Below, piece after piece: positions 27,983 to 38,117 of a DNA stretch of 64,000 bases. Below the pieces are notes generated by a model that saw only the letters and a program-made list of their open reading frames with translations, was not told where the DNA came from and searched no databases. Positions within the stretch are counted from its first letter, which is position 1, and the number at the start of each line of letters is the position of its first letter. The position numbers and the translations under genes were made by a program. Where the stretch lies: the NCBI GenBank assembly GCA_029561455.1, contig JAKQIY010000076.1, positions 81,838 through 145,837 of the forward strand, read 5' to 3'. Origin of the DNA: a bacterium. Lineage in GTDB: Bacteria > Zhuqueibacterota > Zhuqueibacteria > Residuimicrobiales > Krinioviventaceae.

Positions 27983-30918
27983 TGTTGCTGATGAAAAACT
28001 GCCTTTTTAATAAAATTTTTTTATTTATAATCCTGTTTCTTTCCACAACCCCCTTTTACCTGCAAACCGGTTTTGCGCAGGAGAGCGCTTTTGTCTCCGC
28101 AATTTTAAAAGAAACCGGCGAAGACCTGGTAAAGCTGAGTGAAATAATCAGAGAACACGAAACCCTGCTGCAAAAATATCCCAAGGGGCCTTTTGCTTCT
28201 ACCATCATGTTCCAGTTAGCCGAGTTGGAAGCGCAAAAAAGTAATATAATCTATCAGCAGGAAATGCGGCTTTATGAAGAAGATTTAAAGAATTTCGACG
28301 CGGGCAAACTTGCCGTTGAACCCGAAATGCCCAAACTGAATATGGATAGAACTATACAATATTGCAATGTCTTACTCAAAGAGTATCCAAATTCAAAATT
28401 TCAGGACAAGATATTATACAAGCTGGGTATTTCATATTTTCAGGAAGGGGATAAATTAAGAGCCAAAGACTATTTTGAAAGTATTGTAGCCAATTACCCT
28501 GAATCTACAGTTTCCCTGGAATCTCATTTCCGTATCGGCGAATATTATTTTGATAAACGTGATCTTGATAACGCCATATTTCATTATAGCAAGTTACTGG
28601 TTGATTGGAATAATCCGTATTTCGATATGTCGTTATATAAACTGGGGTGGTCTTATTATAACCAGAATAATTATAGCAAAGCCATCAGCAGCTTTATTTA
28701 TTTAATTGAAGATATCTCCCTGGTAGAAAAAGCCAAAACTCAGGTGCTGAGTAAAAGTAAGACCGATTTACGGCTGGAATCGATACATTATATTGCGAGT
28801 TGTTTTACGGAATTTGGCGGCCCTAAAGGCGCCAAAGAGTTCCTGCTCAAATATAAAGATAAAGATTATACATTGCCAATTCTGCTGAAAATGAGCGAAC
28901 TGTATCAAAAAAGAAATTATTATGCTGAAGCTATAGAAACCTATAAAGCAATTTTGGAATTATATCCTTATTATTCTGAAGCCCCTGAAATTTATCATAA
29001 TATCATTACAAATTACGAAGCTGGTGAAGATTATTCCGGCGCAAATAAAACCCGTGAAGAATTGGTAGATAAACTGGGGCCGGGCAGCAACTGGATCAGT
29101 CAAAATCCCGATACCCAGGTTCAAAATACCGGGCTTGCAGCAACCCGTGAAACTCTTGTCTATCTTGGCGGATTTTTCCAGGCAGAAGCGCAAACCAACG
29201 GCAATAAAGAAACCTATCTAAAAGCAATAGCCAAATACCTGGACTATTTAAAGAAATTCCCGGATGATGAAAATGTGCCGAAGATTAATTATTACCTGGC
29301 GGAATGTTATTACAATATTCAGGGCTTTACCCAGGCCGCCGATTGTTATTACAATGTTGTAATTAAAGACTTTCTTGACAAGACCGGTTTCCGCGAAGAA
29401 GCAGCCTATAACCGTATTCTGTGCTACTATGAATTAATGGATGCTCCCGGCGCGACAGATGAAAAAATGACCAGCATTGCCAATTTTTTGGGTACCAACG
29501 ATACCCTGGTCATTGTGAACATCAATAAACCAGCCGAGATCAACATATTACAGGCCAGCAATGACTTTTTACTCACTTTTCCCAAAAGTAAGTGGCTGGA
29601 CCAGGTCATGATGAAATATGGTGAAATTCTACACAGTCTCAAATACTTTTTACCGGCAATAGAAGTTTATAAAAAAGTTTTACAATTAGGTAATACCCGA
29701 CCATACTATCTCACTGCGTCCATGAGTGCGGGGCAATGTTATTTTGACGCTGAATTATTCTATGAAGCGGAAATCTGGTTTAATAATATTGCACGAAATT
29801 ATCCCGATTCAACACGCTATACCAAAAGAGCGCAAATACTTGCTTCTTCAGCCAATTTTAAAATTGCCGAACAGCTAAGTGATGCGGGCAAAAACCAGGA
29901 AGCGGCTAAATTGCTAAGCACAGTTGCAGACAAAGCAGTTGAACCGGGTATTCAGGAGCGCGCAATTTTTGAAGCTGCTGCGCAATATCAAAAAGCCGGG
30001 CAACCAGCTCAGGCGGCAACGATCCTGGAAAGATTGATCACTCTGCAACCGTCATCAAAGCTGGCAGACGAAGCACTAAAAAATGCCGCTGAAATCAGGG
30101 AGAATAATAAAGAATCGGCATCGGCTGCTCACAACTACCTGCTTTTGGCCGATAACTATCCCTCCTCCAAATATACCAAACGTTCAATTATAAATGCCGC
30201 AGTATGTTATGAAAACCTGCAAGATTGGTTTTCCGCCAAGGCAACCTTTAACAAGTTTATCACAACATTTCCCGATTCCGGCGATGACTATATCGAATGT
30301 ATGTACAAAGTTGGCGAAATGAATTACAAGCTGAATGATTATTATAATGCTGAAAATTCATTTAAAAATACCATATTGGCGTACGACAGGATGGTTAATA
30401 ACGGACAGGAACTGGATACTTATTTCATAGCCCAGGCGCAGTTTATGCTTGGAGAGATATATTTTATTTCCTATAAACAAATAAATCTAATTCCCCCGCT
30501 GGAAACGAATTTAAAGCTCAAAGTTGCCAGTTTTCAAAAGGTTCTTAAAGCATATAAAGATGCCCTGCTCTACCAGGTAGCCGATTGGAGTACTGCTGCT
30601 ACATTTAAAATTGGCATGACTTTTGAAGAGTTATTTAGAGCATTCATAGAATCACCCCCTCCTGCGGAGTTGACCGGTGATCAGTTAACTGTTTATGTTA
30701 CCGCTTTGAAGGAAAAAGCCGAACCCTATAAACAACAGGCTTTAGAGACATACAAACTCAATGTAGAACAAGCGGCAACTAACAATATTTCAAATAACTG
30801 GATCGATGAAAGCAAAAAAAGGATAGAAGCCCTTTCCGGTGAAGCGGAAATTAATAACGATATATTGAACAGCGCCGACCAGGAAAGTGTAACGCAGGGA
30901 ATTAATGGAAAATCTTGA
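27982..30918 (+). CDS. Large TPR protein, GltD/AgmU-like
   Basis: Many TPRs (FRIGEYYF, SLYKLGWSYY); C-terminus VADWSTAATFKIG...ESPPPAEL...Y...LKEKAEP...W resembles the GltD C-terminal signature as I recall it. Confidence 0.75.
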   Translation: MLLMKNCLFNKIFLFIILFLSTTPFYLQTGFAQESAFVSAILKETGEDLVKLSEIIREHETLLQKYPKGPFASTIMFQLAELEAQKSNIIYQQEMRLYEEDLKNFDAGKLAVEPEMPKLNMDRTIQYCNVLLKEYPNSKFQDKILYKLGISYFQEGDKLRAKDYFESIVANYPESTVSLESHFRIGEYYFDKRDLDNAIFHYSKLLVDWNNPYFDMSLYKLGWSYYNQNNYSKAISSFIYLIEDISLVEKAKTQVLSKSKTDLRLESIHYIASCFTEFGGPKGAKEFLLKYKDKDYTLPILLKMSELYQKRNYYAEAIETYKAILELYPYYSEAPEIYHNIITNYEAGEDYSGANKTREELVDKLGPGSNWISQNPDTQVQNTGLAATRETLVYLGGFFQAEAQTNGNKETYLKAIAKYLDYLKKFPDDENVPKINYYLAECYYNIQGFTQAADCYYNVVIKDFLDKTGFREEAAYNRILCYYELMDAPGATDEKMTSIANFLGTNDTLVIVNINKPAEINILQASNDFLLTFPKSKWLDQVMMKYGEILHSLKYFLPAIEVYKKVLQLGNTRPYYLTASMSAGQCYFDAELFYEAEIWFNNIARNYPDSTRYTKRAQILASSANFKIAEQLSDAGKNQEAAKLLSTVADKAVEPGIQERAIFEAAAQYQKAGQPAQAATILERLITLQPSSKLADEALKNAAEIRENNKESASAAHNYLLLADNYPSSKYTKRSIINAAVCYENLQDWFSAKATFNKFITTFPDSGDDYIECMYKVGEMNYKLNDYYNAENSFKNTILAYDRMVNNGQELDTYFIAQAQFMLGEIYFISYKQINLIPPLETNLKLKVASFQKVLKAYKDALLYQVADWSTAATFKIGMTFEELFRAFIESPPPAELTGDQLTVYVTALKEKAEPYKQQALETYKLNVEQAATNNISNNWIDESKKRIEALSGEAEINNDILNSADQESVTQGINGKS

Positions 30919-30929
30919 GGTAATACAAA

Positions 30930-31313
30930 ATGGTAATTAAAAATTTCAAATATGTTATTATGATAGCTGTTTATATAATGCTATCGATTAATGTGTCACT
31001 CAATGCGCAAACACAGGAAAATAATTTAATTGACGGCCAAACTGCACTGAACACTCCGGCAATTGCCAATGATTCTTTAACCATTGATAGCGCCAACATA
31101 AAAATGTTCATTGATAAAATTGAGGTTAATGTCCAGTTGGAAAAACCACAAGCAATGTTTATCCTGCCTGGTTCAACACCCGATATAGATGATATTCAAA
31201 TCGAACATTCATTTTTCAACGAAATTTTCCGACCAGTCGAAAAACGGGGAAGAATTCAATCAAGCTTAACAACAGAGCCTGCCATAGATCGTAAAGACTA
31301 TATTCCCTGGTAA
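30930..31313 (+). CDS. Small exported protein, GltF/CglF-like
   Basis: Signal peptide; IDKIEVNVQLEKPQAMFIL resembles the GltF IEG.++KP.A.+IL motif; lies before the motor genes. Confidence 0.6.
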   Translation: MVIKNFKYVIMIAVYIMLSINVSLNAQTQENNLIDGQTALNTPAIANDSLTIDSANIKMFIDKIEVNVQLEKPQAMFILPGSTPDIDDIQIEHSFFNEIFRPVEKRGRIQSSLTTEPAIDRKDYIPW

Positions 31314-31383
31314 GCCTGAAACTAAAATATTGTATATTTTTTGATCTTAACTTTTTTAACAACAACTGATTAAGGAGGTATCC

Positions 31384-32001
31384 TTGGGTAGCATTATAAG
31401 TTTTTTTGTCAAGGGTGGAACGGTTATGTATCCAATTCTGCTGGCGCTCATATTTGGTATTGTGGTGATAATTGAAAGAGTAATTTTTATACTATTTAAA
31501 AACCGTATAGATTCAGCATTGTTCGTAAACAAAATTGCCGAATTGATTAAAAGCGGTAATATCAACAAAGCAATTGAATATTGCAATATATCCGATGCGG
31601 CGCTGCCAAATATCACCAAAGCCGGATTACAAGAACTCCATTCATCACCGGCAAATGTACAAAACGCCCTGGAATTAGCCGCAATGGTTGAAATACCCAA
31701 ACTGGAAAAAAGAATAAATTACCTGGCGATGATTGCCAACGTAGCAACACTGTTGGGACTGCTCGGTACGATTTTTGGTCTAATCAGTTCATTCGCCGCT
31801 GTTGCCCATGCTGAAGCGGCTGAAAAAGCCACTTTGTTAACCGCCGGTATATCAATAGCTATGAACACAACCGCGTTTGGGTTGGTAGTCGCTATCCCCT
31901 GCCTGATTGGTTATACCTATCTTACGGAAAAAACCAATGAAATTATTGATGAAATAAACGAAAACGTAGCTCGTCTTTACCGGATAATGACTTCGAGGTA
32001 A
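31384..32001 (+). CDS. MotA/TolQ/ExbB proton channel (AglR-like)
   Basis: KGGTVMYPI, IIER, ATLLGLLGTIFGLI, GISIAMNTTAFGLVVAIP; TTG start with AAGGAGG RBS. Confidence 0.92.
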   Translation: MGSIISFFVKGGTVMYPILLALIFGIVVIIERVIFILFKNRIDSALFVNKIAELIKSGNINKAIEYCNISDAALPNITKAGLQELHSSPANVQNALELAAMVEIPKLEKRINYLAMIANVATLLGLLGTIFGLISSFAAVAHAEAAEKATLLTAGISIAMNTTAFGLVVAIPCLIGYTYLTEKTNEIIDEINENVARLYRIMTSR

Positions 32002-32004
32002 TGA

Positions 32005-32472
32005 ATGAATCTAAAAGAATCAATGCGGCGCAGGATGAAAGGTCATGCTGAAGATGTTGAATTAAATCTCACTTCAGTTATGAACATCTTTCTGATTCTT
32101 ATTCCTTTTTTATTATTGACTGCCGTTTTCGTTCGTATATCTGTACTTGAGCTCTCTTTGCCAAGCCTCGATTCCGGCAGCCGGGCAGCGCAGGTCAAGC
32201 AACAAAAAACGGCGATTATAAATATTCTTATTATCGATGGCAAGGGTTTTGAACTAAAAAGTCCCGAAATGAAATTTCCTCTAGTATCAAAGAAAGATGC
32301 CAGTTACGATTGGGACAGGTTGGCAATACAATTAAAAGAAATTAAAACTAAATATCCGGATTCGGAAGATATGATCATCTCCCCGGTTGATTCAATCAAA
32401 TACCAAATAATTATCAGTGTTATGGATAAATGCCGGGAATCCGGATTCCCCAATATTTCTATTTCAGGTTAA
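32005..32472 (+). CDS. ExbD/TolR family protein (AglQ-like), TM Asp replaced by Asn
   Basis: ELNLTSVMNIFLILIPFLL TM; YQIIISVMDKCRESGFPNIS C-terminus. Confidence 0.88.
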   Translation: MNLKESMRRRMKGHAEDVELNLTSVMNIFLILIPFLLLTAVFVRISVLELSLPSLDSGSRAAQVKQQKTAIINILIIDGKGFELKSPEMKFPLVSKKDASYDWDRLAIQLKEIKTKYPDSEDMIISPVDSIKYQIIISVMDKCRESGFPNISISG

Positions 32473-32484
32473 GAAAGTTAAAAT

Positions 32485-33000
32485 ATGAATATTGACGATA
32501 AAACCCATTTATTAAATTTAGCAAAAAATACCAAACACAGAAAACGTGGTACCGCCAGTTTAAAACTGACCTCCATGATAGACATGTTCACAATTTTATT
32601 GGTATTTTTATTGCACAGGTATAGCGCCGAAGGTCAGATCATGACCCTGACCAAAGATCTGAGTCTTCCGGAATCGACTTCGCAATTGCAGCCCAAGGTT
32701 ACCTCAATTATTTCTATTACCCGGGAATGGGTATTAGTAGATGGTAGACCGATTGAACGGATTGAAAATATTCTAGCGGAAGATAAATTGATTATTGCAC
32801 CGTTGCATACGGAATTGACCAAAATTAAAAGTATTACCCAGGGTATTAGTACAATTTCCGATCAGATGGGCGGCTTTAAAGGAAACATTACAATACAGGG
32901 TAATGAAGATATAACATTTAATTTATTAAAAAAGGTAATGCTTACTTGCGGAACTACCGGATATAATAATATGTTGCTGGCAGTTGCGCAAATCGAATAA
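32485..33000 (+). CDS. ExbD/TolR family protein (AglS-like)
   Basis: LKLTSMIDMFTILLVFLL, LSLPESTS, IQGNEDITFNLLKKVMLTC. Confidence 0.9.
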   Translation: MNIDDKTHLLNLAKNTKHRKRGTASLKLTSMIDMFTILLVFLLHRYSAEGQIMTLTKDLSLPESTSQLQPKVTSIISITREWVLVDGRPIERIENILAEDKLIIAPLHTELTKIKSITQGISTISDQMGGFKGNITIQGNEDITFNLLKKVMLTCGTTGYNNMLLAVAQIE

Positions 33001-33050
33001 TCCGATAATTAACAATGACGATATTTAAATAATTATAGAAATATATATTA

Positions 33051-34442
33051 ATGGCACATACGCGAAAACATTCAATACTGGCAACGAAAATTGTTCAGGG
33101 TAACAAGGAAATCGAACTGCAAATCAAACCGAACAACAAGTTGACCATTGGTCGTAGTCCTGATAATGATATTGTTATTTACAGCGATGCATACCCTAAA
33201 AAGCATACTCTTATTGAATGTAAAAAAGATACATGTGTTTTAAACATTACCCCGAACATGAGCGGCGCAATTGAATATAAAAATTCAAAACTTGATTTTA
33301 ACGATTTATTTCTGCACAATTTGCTGCCTCGAAAAGGGGAATTTTACAGTCTTGCTTTTGGTCATGGCAGGACCGGCGCAATAAAGATTGCCGATACAAT
33401 AGTATACTTTAATTATGACGGCGCCGGCTTGCAGCCAATAAAAGATATGCCGGGTTATACCTGGAAGCAATCCTTTTCTAAAACTTTTTCCAAAGACCTG
33501 TTGTTCAAATCGCTTTTAACGATCTTTTTCTGTCTGGAGATTTTCCTGGCTATAAAACTAAAGGGTTACCAGGTTCCCGATATTGAACCACCGGATATGG
33601 ATAAAATTCCGCAGCGCTTTGCAAAATTTATTATTAACAAGCCGACGCCCCCTCCTGAATTGGAATTAGCGACCTCATCAGGCGATGGTGATGGTTCCTC
33701 GGAAGAAGAACAGGGCGAGAAAAAAGAAAATGAACCTAAAGCTCAAAAATCAACCGGTGGCTCAGGTGGAGATCAAGGTAATAAACCGGTAGTTGCCCAG
33801 GGCTTATTAGGCCTTATAGGCGGCGCCGGAAGTTCAGATAATGCCAGCGCCACAGCAGACTTTTTAATTGAACAGGGCCTAGTCAAGGAACTGGATGAAT
33901 TGATCGGCAGCCAAAAATTGAATAATACCCGAGCTAACGGCAGAAGAGGCGACGGTTCCGGCTCCGGTTCCGGAACGGGCAGCGGTTCCGGTAGTGGCGA
34001 TGGCTTGGACGATCTTGTAGCATTAGGTCTGTCCGGCATTGATGACTTGCTTCCCGCCGGTGGTGGTGTGGAAAAAGTAGCGTTGCAGAAAAAAGGGAAT
34101 GTTAATATCGAACAACCCAAACAAATGCGCGGTTCGCAGGCAGCGCAGGCTCAACGCACACCCCAATCCGTTATGTCGATCATCAACTCGCAGGAGGGGC
34201 GTATTATGTATACCTATAATAAATACCTGCGCGAAGATCCGAACCTGCGTGGTAAAATCAATATCGATATTACAATTGAAGCGGACGGGTCAGTCAGTAA
34301 TGTTGCCGTTCTGGATACGGATATTCCGGTACAAGAGTTTATCCAGGATATAATCAGTATTTTACGACGCTTGAAATTTCCGGCAATTACCGAAGGGGCA
34401 ATTCAGGTCAACCTCCCCTTTGTGTTTAACCGGGTGAATTAA
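33051..34442 (+). CDS. GltG/PglI/AgmX-like protein: FHA-like domain, TM, Pro/Gly-rich linker, TonB_C-like domain
   Basis: LTIGRSPDNDIV (FHA); one TM; GLLGLIG; GSGSGSGTGSG linker; YNKYLREDPNLRGKINIDITIEADGSV...LKFP...LPFVF. Confidence 0.82.
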   Translation: MAHTRKHSILATKIVQGNKEIELQIKPNNKLTIGRSPDNDIVIYSDAYPKKHTLIECKKDTCVLNITPNMSGAIEYKNSKLDFNDLFLHNLLPRKGEFYSLAFGHGRTGAIKIADTIVYFNYDGAGLQPIKDMPGYTWKQSFSKTFSKDLLFKSLLTIFFCLEIFLAIKLKGYQVPDIEPPDMDKIPQRFAKFIINKPTPPPELELATSSGDGDGSSEEEQGEKKENEPKAQKSTGGSGGDQGNKPVVAQGLLGLIGGAGSSDNASATADFLIEQGLVKELDELIGSQKLNNTRANGRRGDGSGSGSGTGSGSGSGDGLDDLVALGLSGIDDLLPAGGGVEKVALQKKGNVNIEQPKQMRGSQAAQAQRTPQSVMSIINSQEGRIMYTYNKYLREDPNLRGKINIDITIEADGSVSNVAVLDTDIPVQEFIQDIISILRRLKFPAITEGAIQVNLPFVFNRVN

Positions 34443-34445
34443 ATT

Positions 34446-34476
34446 AAAAAACCCTGCTTCCGGCAGGGTTTTTTTT
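34446..34476. terminator. Bidirectional Rho-independent terminator
   Basis: AAAAAACCCTGC-ttccg-GCAGGGTTTTTTTT between convergent genes. Confidence 0.85.
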
Positions 34477-34491
34477 GGTTACTTTATTTTC

Positions 34492-35925
34492 TTAAAGATT
34501 ACCATCACCAGGTTTAGTGATGTTTTTATAATCCAGCGGGTTTATTTGATAAATACGAATTTTTTGCTGTAAATATTGACGTTTGATTTCCAGTAATTTC
34601 GCCGCTTTGCTTACATTCCCGGCACTCAGTTTGAGCGCCTGATTGATCATATTCCATTCGAACTCGCGGATGACCAGGTCTTTGGCATTACTAAAAGAGA
34701 CCTCGCCCGGAGAAAGAGATATCCGGGATTGAGGTGATTTAGTTAGCTCCACCGGCAGTAAATCGGTAGTTATAAGCGGTTTATCAGCCAGTACCACACA
34801 TTGTTCCAGAACATGCATAAATTGGCGGACATTGCCGGGCCATTCATAATCCAGCAATTGTTGCATGGCGGCAGATTCAAACCCCTGAATCATTTTGGTA
34901 TGTTTTTCGGCATATAAATGCAGGAAATGGTTTGACAGGATAGGAATATCCGTTTTACGTTCGCGTAGGGAAGGTAATTGAATTTCCACAACTTTGATGC
35001 GGTAATACAGATCCTCCCGGAATCTTCCCTCCTCTATCTCTTTACGTAAATTTTTATTGGTGGCGCTGATCAACCTGACATCGGTTTGTAATACTTTTTT
35101 ACCTCCAAGCCGGGTAAAGGATTTTTCTTCTAGTATCCTTAATATTTTAGCCTGGGTATCGATACTCATATCGGCAATTTCATCCAGAAAAAGAGTGCCG
35201 CCATTGGCAATTTCAAATTTCCCCTGGCGTTGATTGATCGCCCCGGTATAGGCGCCCTTTTCGTGACCGAACAACTCGCTTTCGACCAGGTCTTTGGGAA
35301 TAGCTGCGCAATTCATGGTAATAAACGGGCCGGCAGTCCGGGCGCTGAATGAATGGATCGTTTTGGCGGCCAGTTCTTTGCCGGTGCCGCTTTCGCCGGT
35401 TAGTAATACGGTTATATCGGTCGGCGCTACTTTTTCAATCAATTTAATAACTTCAAGAATTTTAGGGCTTTCACCGATAATAGAGCCCCGATTTTGTCCG
35501 GCCAGTTGCTGGCGTAATAATACATTTTCGCGCCCCAGGGTGATCTTTTCCAGGGCTTTGTTCACTACCAGGCGTAGTTCTTCAATTTCAAAAGGTTTGG
35601 ACAAGTAATCATAAGCTCCGGCTTTCATGGCTTCAACGGCTATTTTTTCAGAACCGAAAGCAGTAAGAACAATGATAAGCGGTAATAGCCCGGTTTCACG
35701 CTCCTGCTTTTGTACCTGGCCGATAAACTCCAGGCCGTTCATTTCCGGCATGTTAATATCGCACAACACTACATCGGGCTTGAATTCAACCAGTTTTTCC
35801 AGGGCAATCCGGCCGTTTTCTGCCTCTTCCAAATGATAGCGTGACTTGCCGAGCGCTTTGCGCATTCCATAACGGGCGGCGTCTTCATCATCAACTATTA
35901 ATATTCGGGACTTTTCAGTATTCAT
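34492..35925 (-). CDS. sigma54-dependent NtrC-family response regulator (REC-AAA+-Fis HTH)
   Basis: ILIVDDE, DINMP, GESGTGKE, ESELFGHEKGAYTGA, LFLDEI, FREDLYYR, WPGNVR, GNVSKAAKLL. Confidence 0.95.
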   Translation of the reverse strand: MNTEKSRILIVDDEDAARYGMRKALGKSRYHLEEAENGRIALEKLVEFKPDVVLCDINMPEMNGLEFIGQVQKQERETGLLPLIIVLTAFGSEKIAVEAMKAGAYDYLSKPFEIEELRLVVNKALEKITLGRENVLLRQQLAGQNRGSIIGESPKILEVIKLIEKVAPTDITVLLTGESGTGKELAAKTIHSFSARTAGPFITMNCAAIPKDLVESELFGHEKGAYTGAINQRQGKFEIANGGTLFLDEIADMSIDTQAKILRILEEKSFTRLGGKKVLQTDVRLISATNKNLRKEIEEGRFREDLYYRIKVVEIQLPSLRERKTDIPILSNHFLHLYAEKHTKMIQGFESAAMQQLLDYEWPGNVRQFMHVLEQCVVLADKPLITTDLLPVELTKSPQSRISLSPGEVSFSNAKDLVIREFEWNMINQALKLSAGNVSKAAKLLEIKRQYLQQKIRIYQINPLDYKNITKPGDGNL

Positions 35926-35971
35926 TTTGATCTCTGACTTTGCAATCTCACTTGTGAAAAATTTAAAACCA

Positions 35972-38116
35972 TCACTTTTTATTCACGGGGAAATAGACTA
36001 AAAATTCAGCGCCAGCATTAACATCGCTTTTAACATCAATAAAGCCACCCAGTTCCTCAACATTTTGTTTTACTATAGCAAGGCCGAGTCCTGTGCCTTT
36101 GGTGCGGGTGGTGAAAAATGGCTCGAATATTTGTTTAATATTCTCTTTGGTTATACCGGGTCCGTTATCTTTGACCTTTAATATAAACCAGTTTTTTACC
36201 TGTACAAGATCAACCCGGCGGGAGGCTTTTTTTATTTTATCAAGTCCTGCTTGTTGTTCAAGAGTGATGACAATTTCCCCCTTTGAACCAACCGACTGTA
36301 TAGCATTTAAAACCAGGTTGTAAATTATTTCACGAAGAGATTGTTTTTTAGCCCAGAAAACCATATTTATCTCCGGGGTCTGAAAAACAATACTTGTTTG
36401 ATTGCGGTTGGCCTGGTATTTAAGCAGGTCGACAACATCCTGAACAATTTCCGCCAGGGAGACTTCCTCGACATTGGCGGTTGAAGGCCGGGCAAAACTC
36501 AGCAATTTTTCCAAAACCGTATGCAGGCGGTTGATTTCTTCAATTACAATTTGCAGATCTTGCGCCTCATCGCCGTTGGCGTTTTCATGTAAAACCTGAA
36601 CAATACTTTTTATAGAAGACAATGGATTTTTGATTTCATGCGACATGGTCGTTGCCAGTTGCCCCAAAGAGTTTAACTTTTCCGCCTGGTAAACCCGCGC
36701 TTCCAGGTTCAACCGTTCCTGCACCAGCCGGGCATTTTCAATTGCCAGGGCAACCTGGTTGGCAAAGGTTTGCAGCATGTCAATCTCTTCTTCAGAAAAG
36801 GGATTTCCCGATTGTTTGCCGGACAGACAGATCATTCCGGTCATCTTTTTCCGATAAAAAATCGGTACGGCCAGTTCCAGTTTGTTATTCTTGAGCGCAT
36901 TGATAACCAGGTGAGTTTTGATCTGTTGGCGCAAGCGCAGGGCGCGGATCGAGGTAAAGGCATCGATAAGGGAGAAAAAATCTTTTAAATCCTGGTTGCC
37001 GATAGTTTTTAAAATTTCCTGCTTTTTGGCAGTTGACTGAAAAACAACAATGGTCAGCGATTTCACCTTGAAAGCAGATTTAAGGGATTCGCTGATGGTA
37101 TTGAGCAATTTTTCCAGATCGACAATGCCGATGATGTTGTCGGATAGTTCACGTAAAATTTGTTGATAAAAATAGCGATCCTTGAAAAAAATCCGGTCGA
37201 GTCGTTTTTGAAAAGCCTCGCGAAACGGCTGAAAAGCAAACACCAGGGCGACCAGCAGTAATCCTTCAATAAAGGTAGAATTGATCTCAGGGAACAGCTT
37301 TAAATATTCGCCCAGCCGGCGGATACCCAGCAAATAAACGGTCATCAGGGCGCCGTAGATGATGGAATAGATGAGACTTGGTTTGATGACCAGGCGGTAA
37401 AAATTATAGCGGTAAACATAATAACCAAGCACCGCCATGGGTAAGGTTGGCGAAAGCAGCATTAAAAGTCCCAGATAATAGCCAATATAAGAAATTTTAT
37501 AAGTCGGTATTATTAAAATAACAATGATGCCAACGCCGATCAGCGCCAGGGTGATACTCAAATCGCGGTAAAAATGCCGATCGGCTTCGTTCTCATGGGT
37601 TCGGGCCAGGTTTTCGGACAAGATCAGGGAAAAAGTGATAGCGAATAACATCCATAAATAATAGGGAAAACGGATCGCTTCGTCCAATTCGACATAAAGA
37701 GAGCGTATTTTCAGGTTATAATAGATGCCGAAATAGAGAAATACAAATACCGGTAAATAGGTGAACACAATTAACAGGGTATGATGGCGAACTATCCATG
37801 GTCTGAGTTTTCTTTTGGCGCGATGAAAGAACGCCGCCAGGGTGTTCATCATTGCAGAAGGGATGAGCGCCAGGCCCAGATACGAAATAACGATGAGGAT
37901 ATTAGTTTCGAGCAAAACAACTTTGCCAAACAACATGCGGTTTATCAGGGAAAGAAAATTTCCTCCCAGCCATAAAGCACAGGCTACCAGCAAGATCACC
38001 AGCGCATAATCGTCATAATGCTTGGGTTTCTTTTTTAAGGTCAGGCTGAAGATGATCACGGTCAGCGCGGTGCCAAAACCAAACCCCAAAGTGTTGATAA
38101 AAGTATACAAGGCCAT
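35972..38116 (-). CDS. Multi-TM sensor histidine kinase with GAF domain
   Basis: About 9 TM segments; GAF (FSEEEIDMLQTFANQVALAIENARL); H-box SHEIKNPL; NLVLNA, DNGPG, IFEPFFTT, GTGLGL. Confidence 0.93.
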   Translation of the reverse strand: MALYTFINTLGFGFGTALTVIIFSLTLKKKPKHYDDYALVILLVACALWLGGNFLSLINRMLFGKVVLLETNILIVISYLGLALIPSAMMNTLAAFFHRAKRKLRPWIVRHHTLLIVFTYLPVFVFLYFGIYYNLKIRSLYVELDEAIRFPYYLWMLFAITFSLILSENLARTHENEADRHFYRDLSITLALIGVGIIVILIIPTYKISYIGYYLGLLMLLSPTLPMAVLGYYVYRYNFYRLVIKPSLIYSIIYGALMTVYLLGIRRLGEYLKLFPEINSTFIEGLLLVALVFAFQPFREAFQKRLDRIFFKDRYFYQQILRELSDNIIGIVDLEKLLNTISESLKSAFKVKSLTIVVFQSTAKKQEILKTIGNQDLKDFFSLIDAFTSIRALRLRQQIKTHLVINALKNNKLELAVPIFYRKKMTGMICLSGKQSGNPFSEEEIDMLQTFANQVALAIENARLVQERLNLEARVYQAEKLNSLGQLATTMSHEIKNPLSSIKSIVQVLHENANGDEAQDLQIVIEEINRLHTVLEKLLSFARPSTANVEEVSLAEIVQDVVDLLKYQANRNQTSIVFQTPEINMVFWAKKQSLREIIYNLVLNAIQSVGSKGEIVITLEQQAGLDKIKKASRRVDLVQVKNWFILKVKDNGPGITKENIKQIFEPFFTTRTKGTGLGLAIVKQNVEELGGFIDVKSDVNAGAEFLVYFPVNKK

Positions 38117-38117
38117 A

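Noticed and set aside
33945-34005. GGTTCCGGC-type short tandem repeats
   Set aside because: They encode the Gly-Ser linker of the GltG-like protein with varied codons; not a contingency locus.
35240-35262. GAYTGA instead of GAFTGA as a sign of a sigma54-independent activator
   Set aside because: GAYTGA occurs in functional sigma54 activators such as the DmpR/XylR group, so it is not evidence of lost function.
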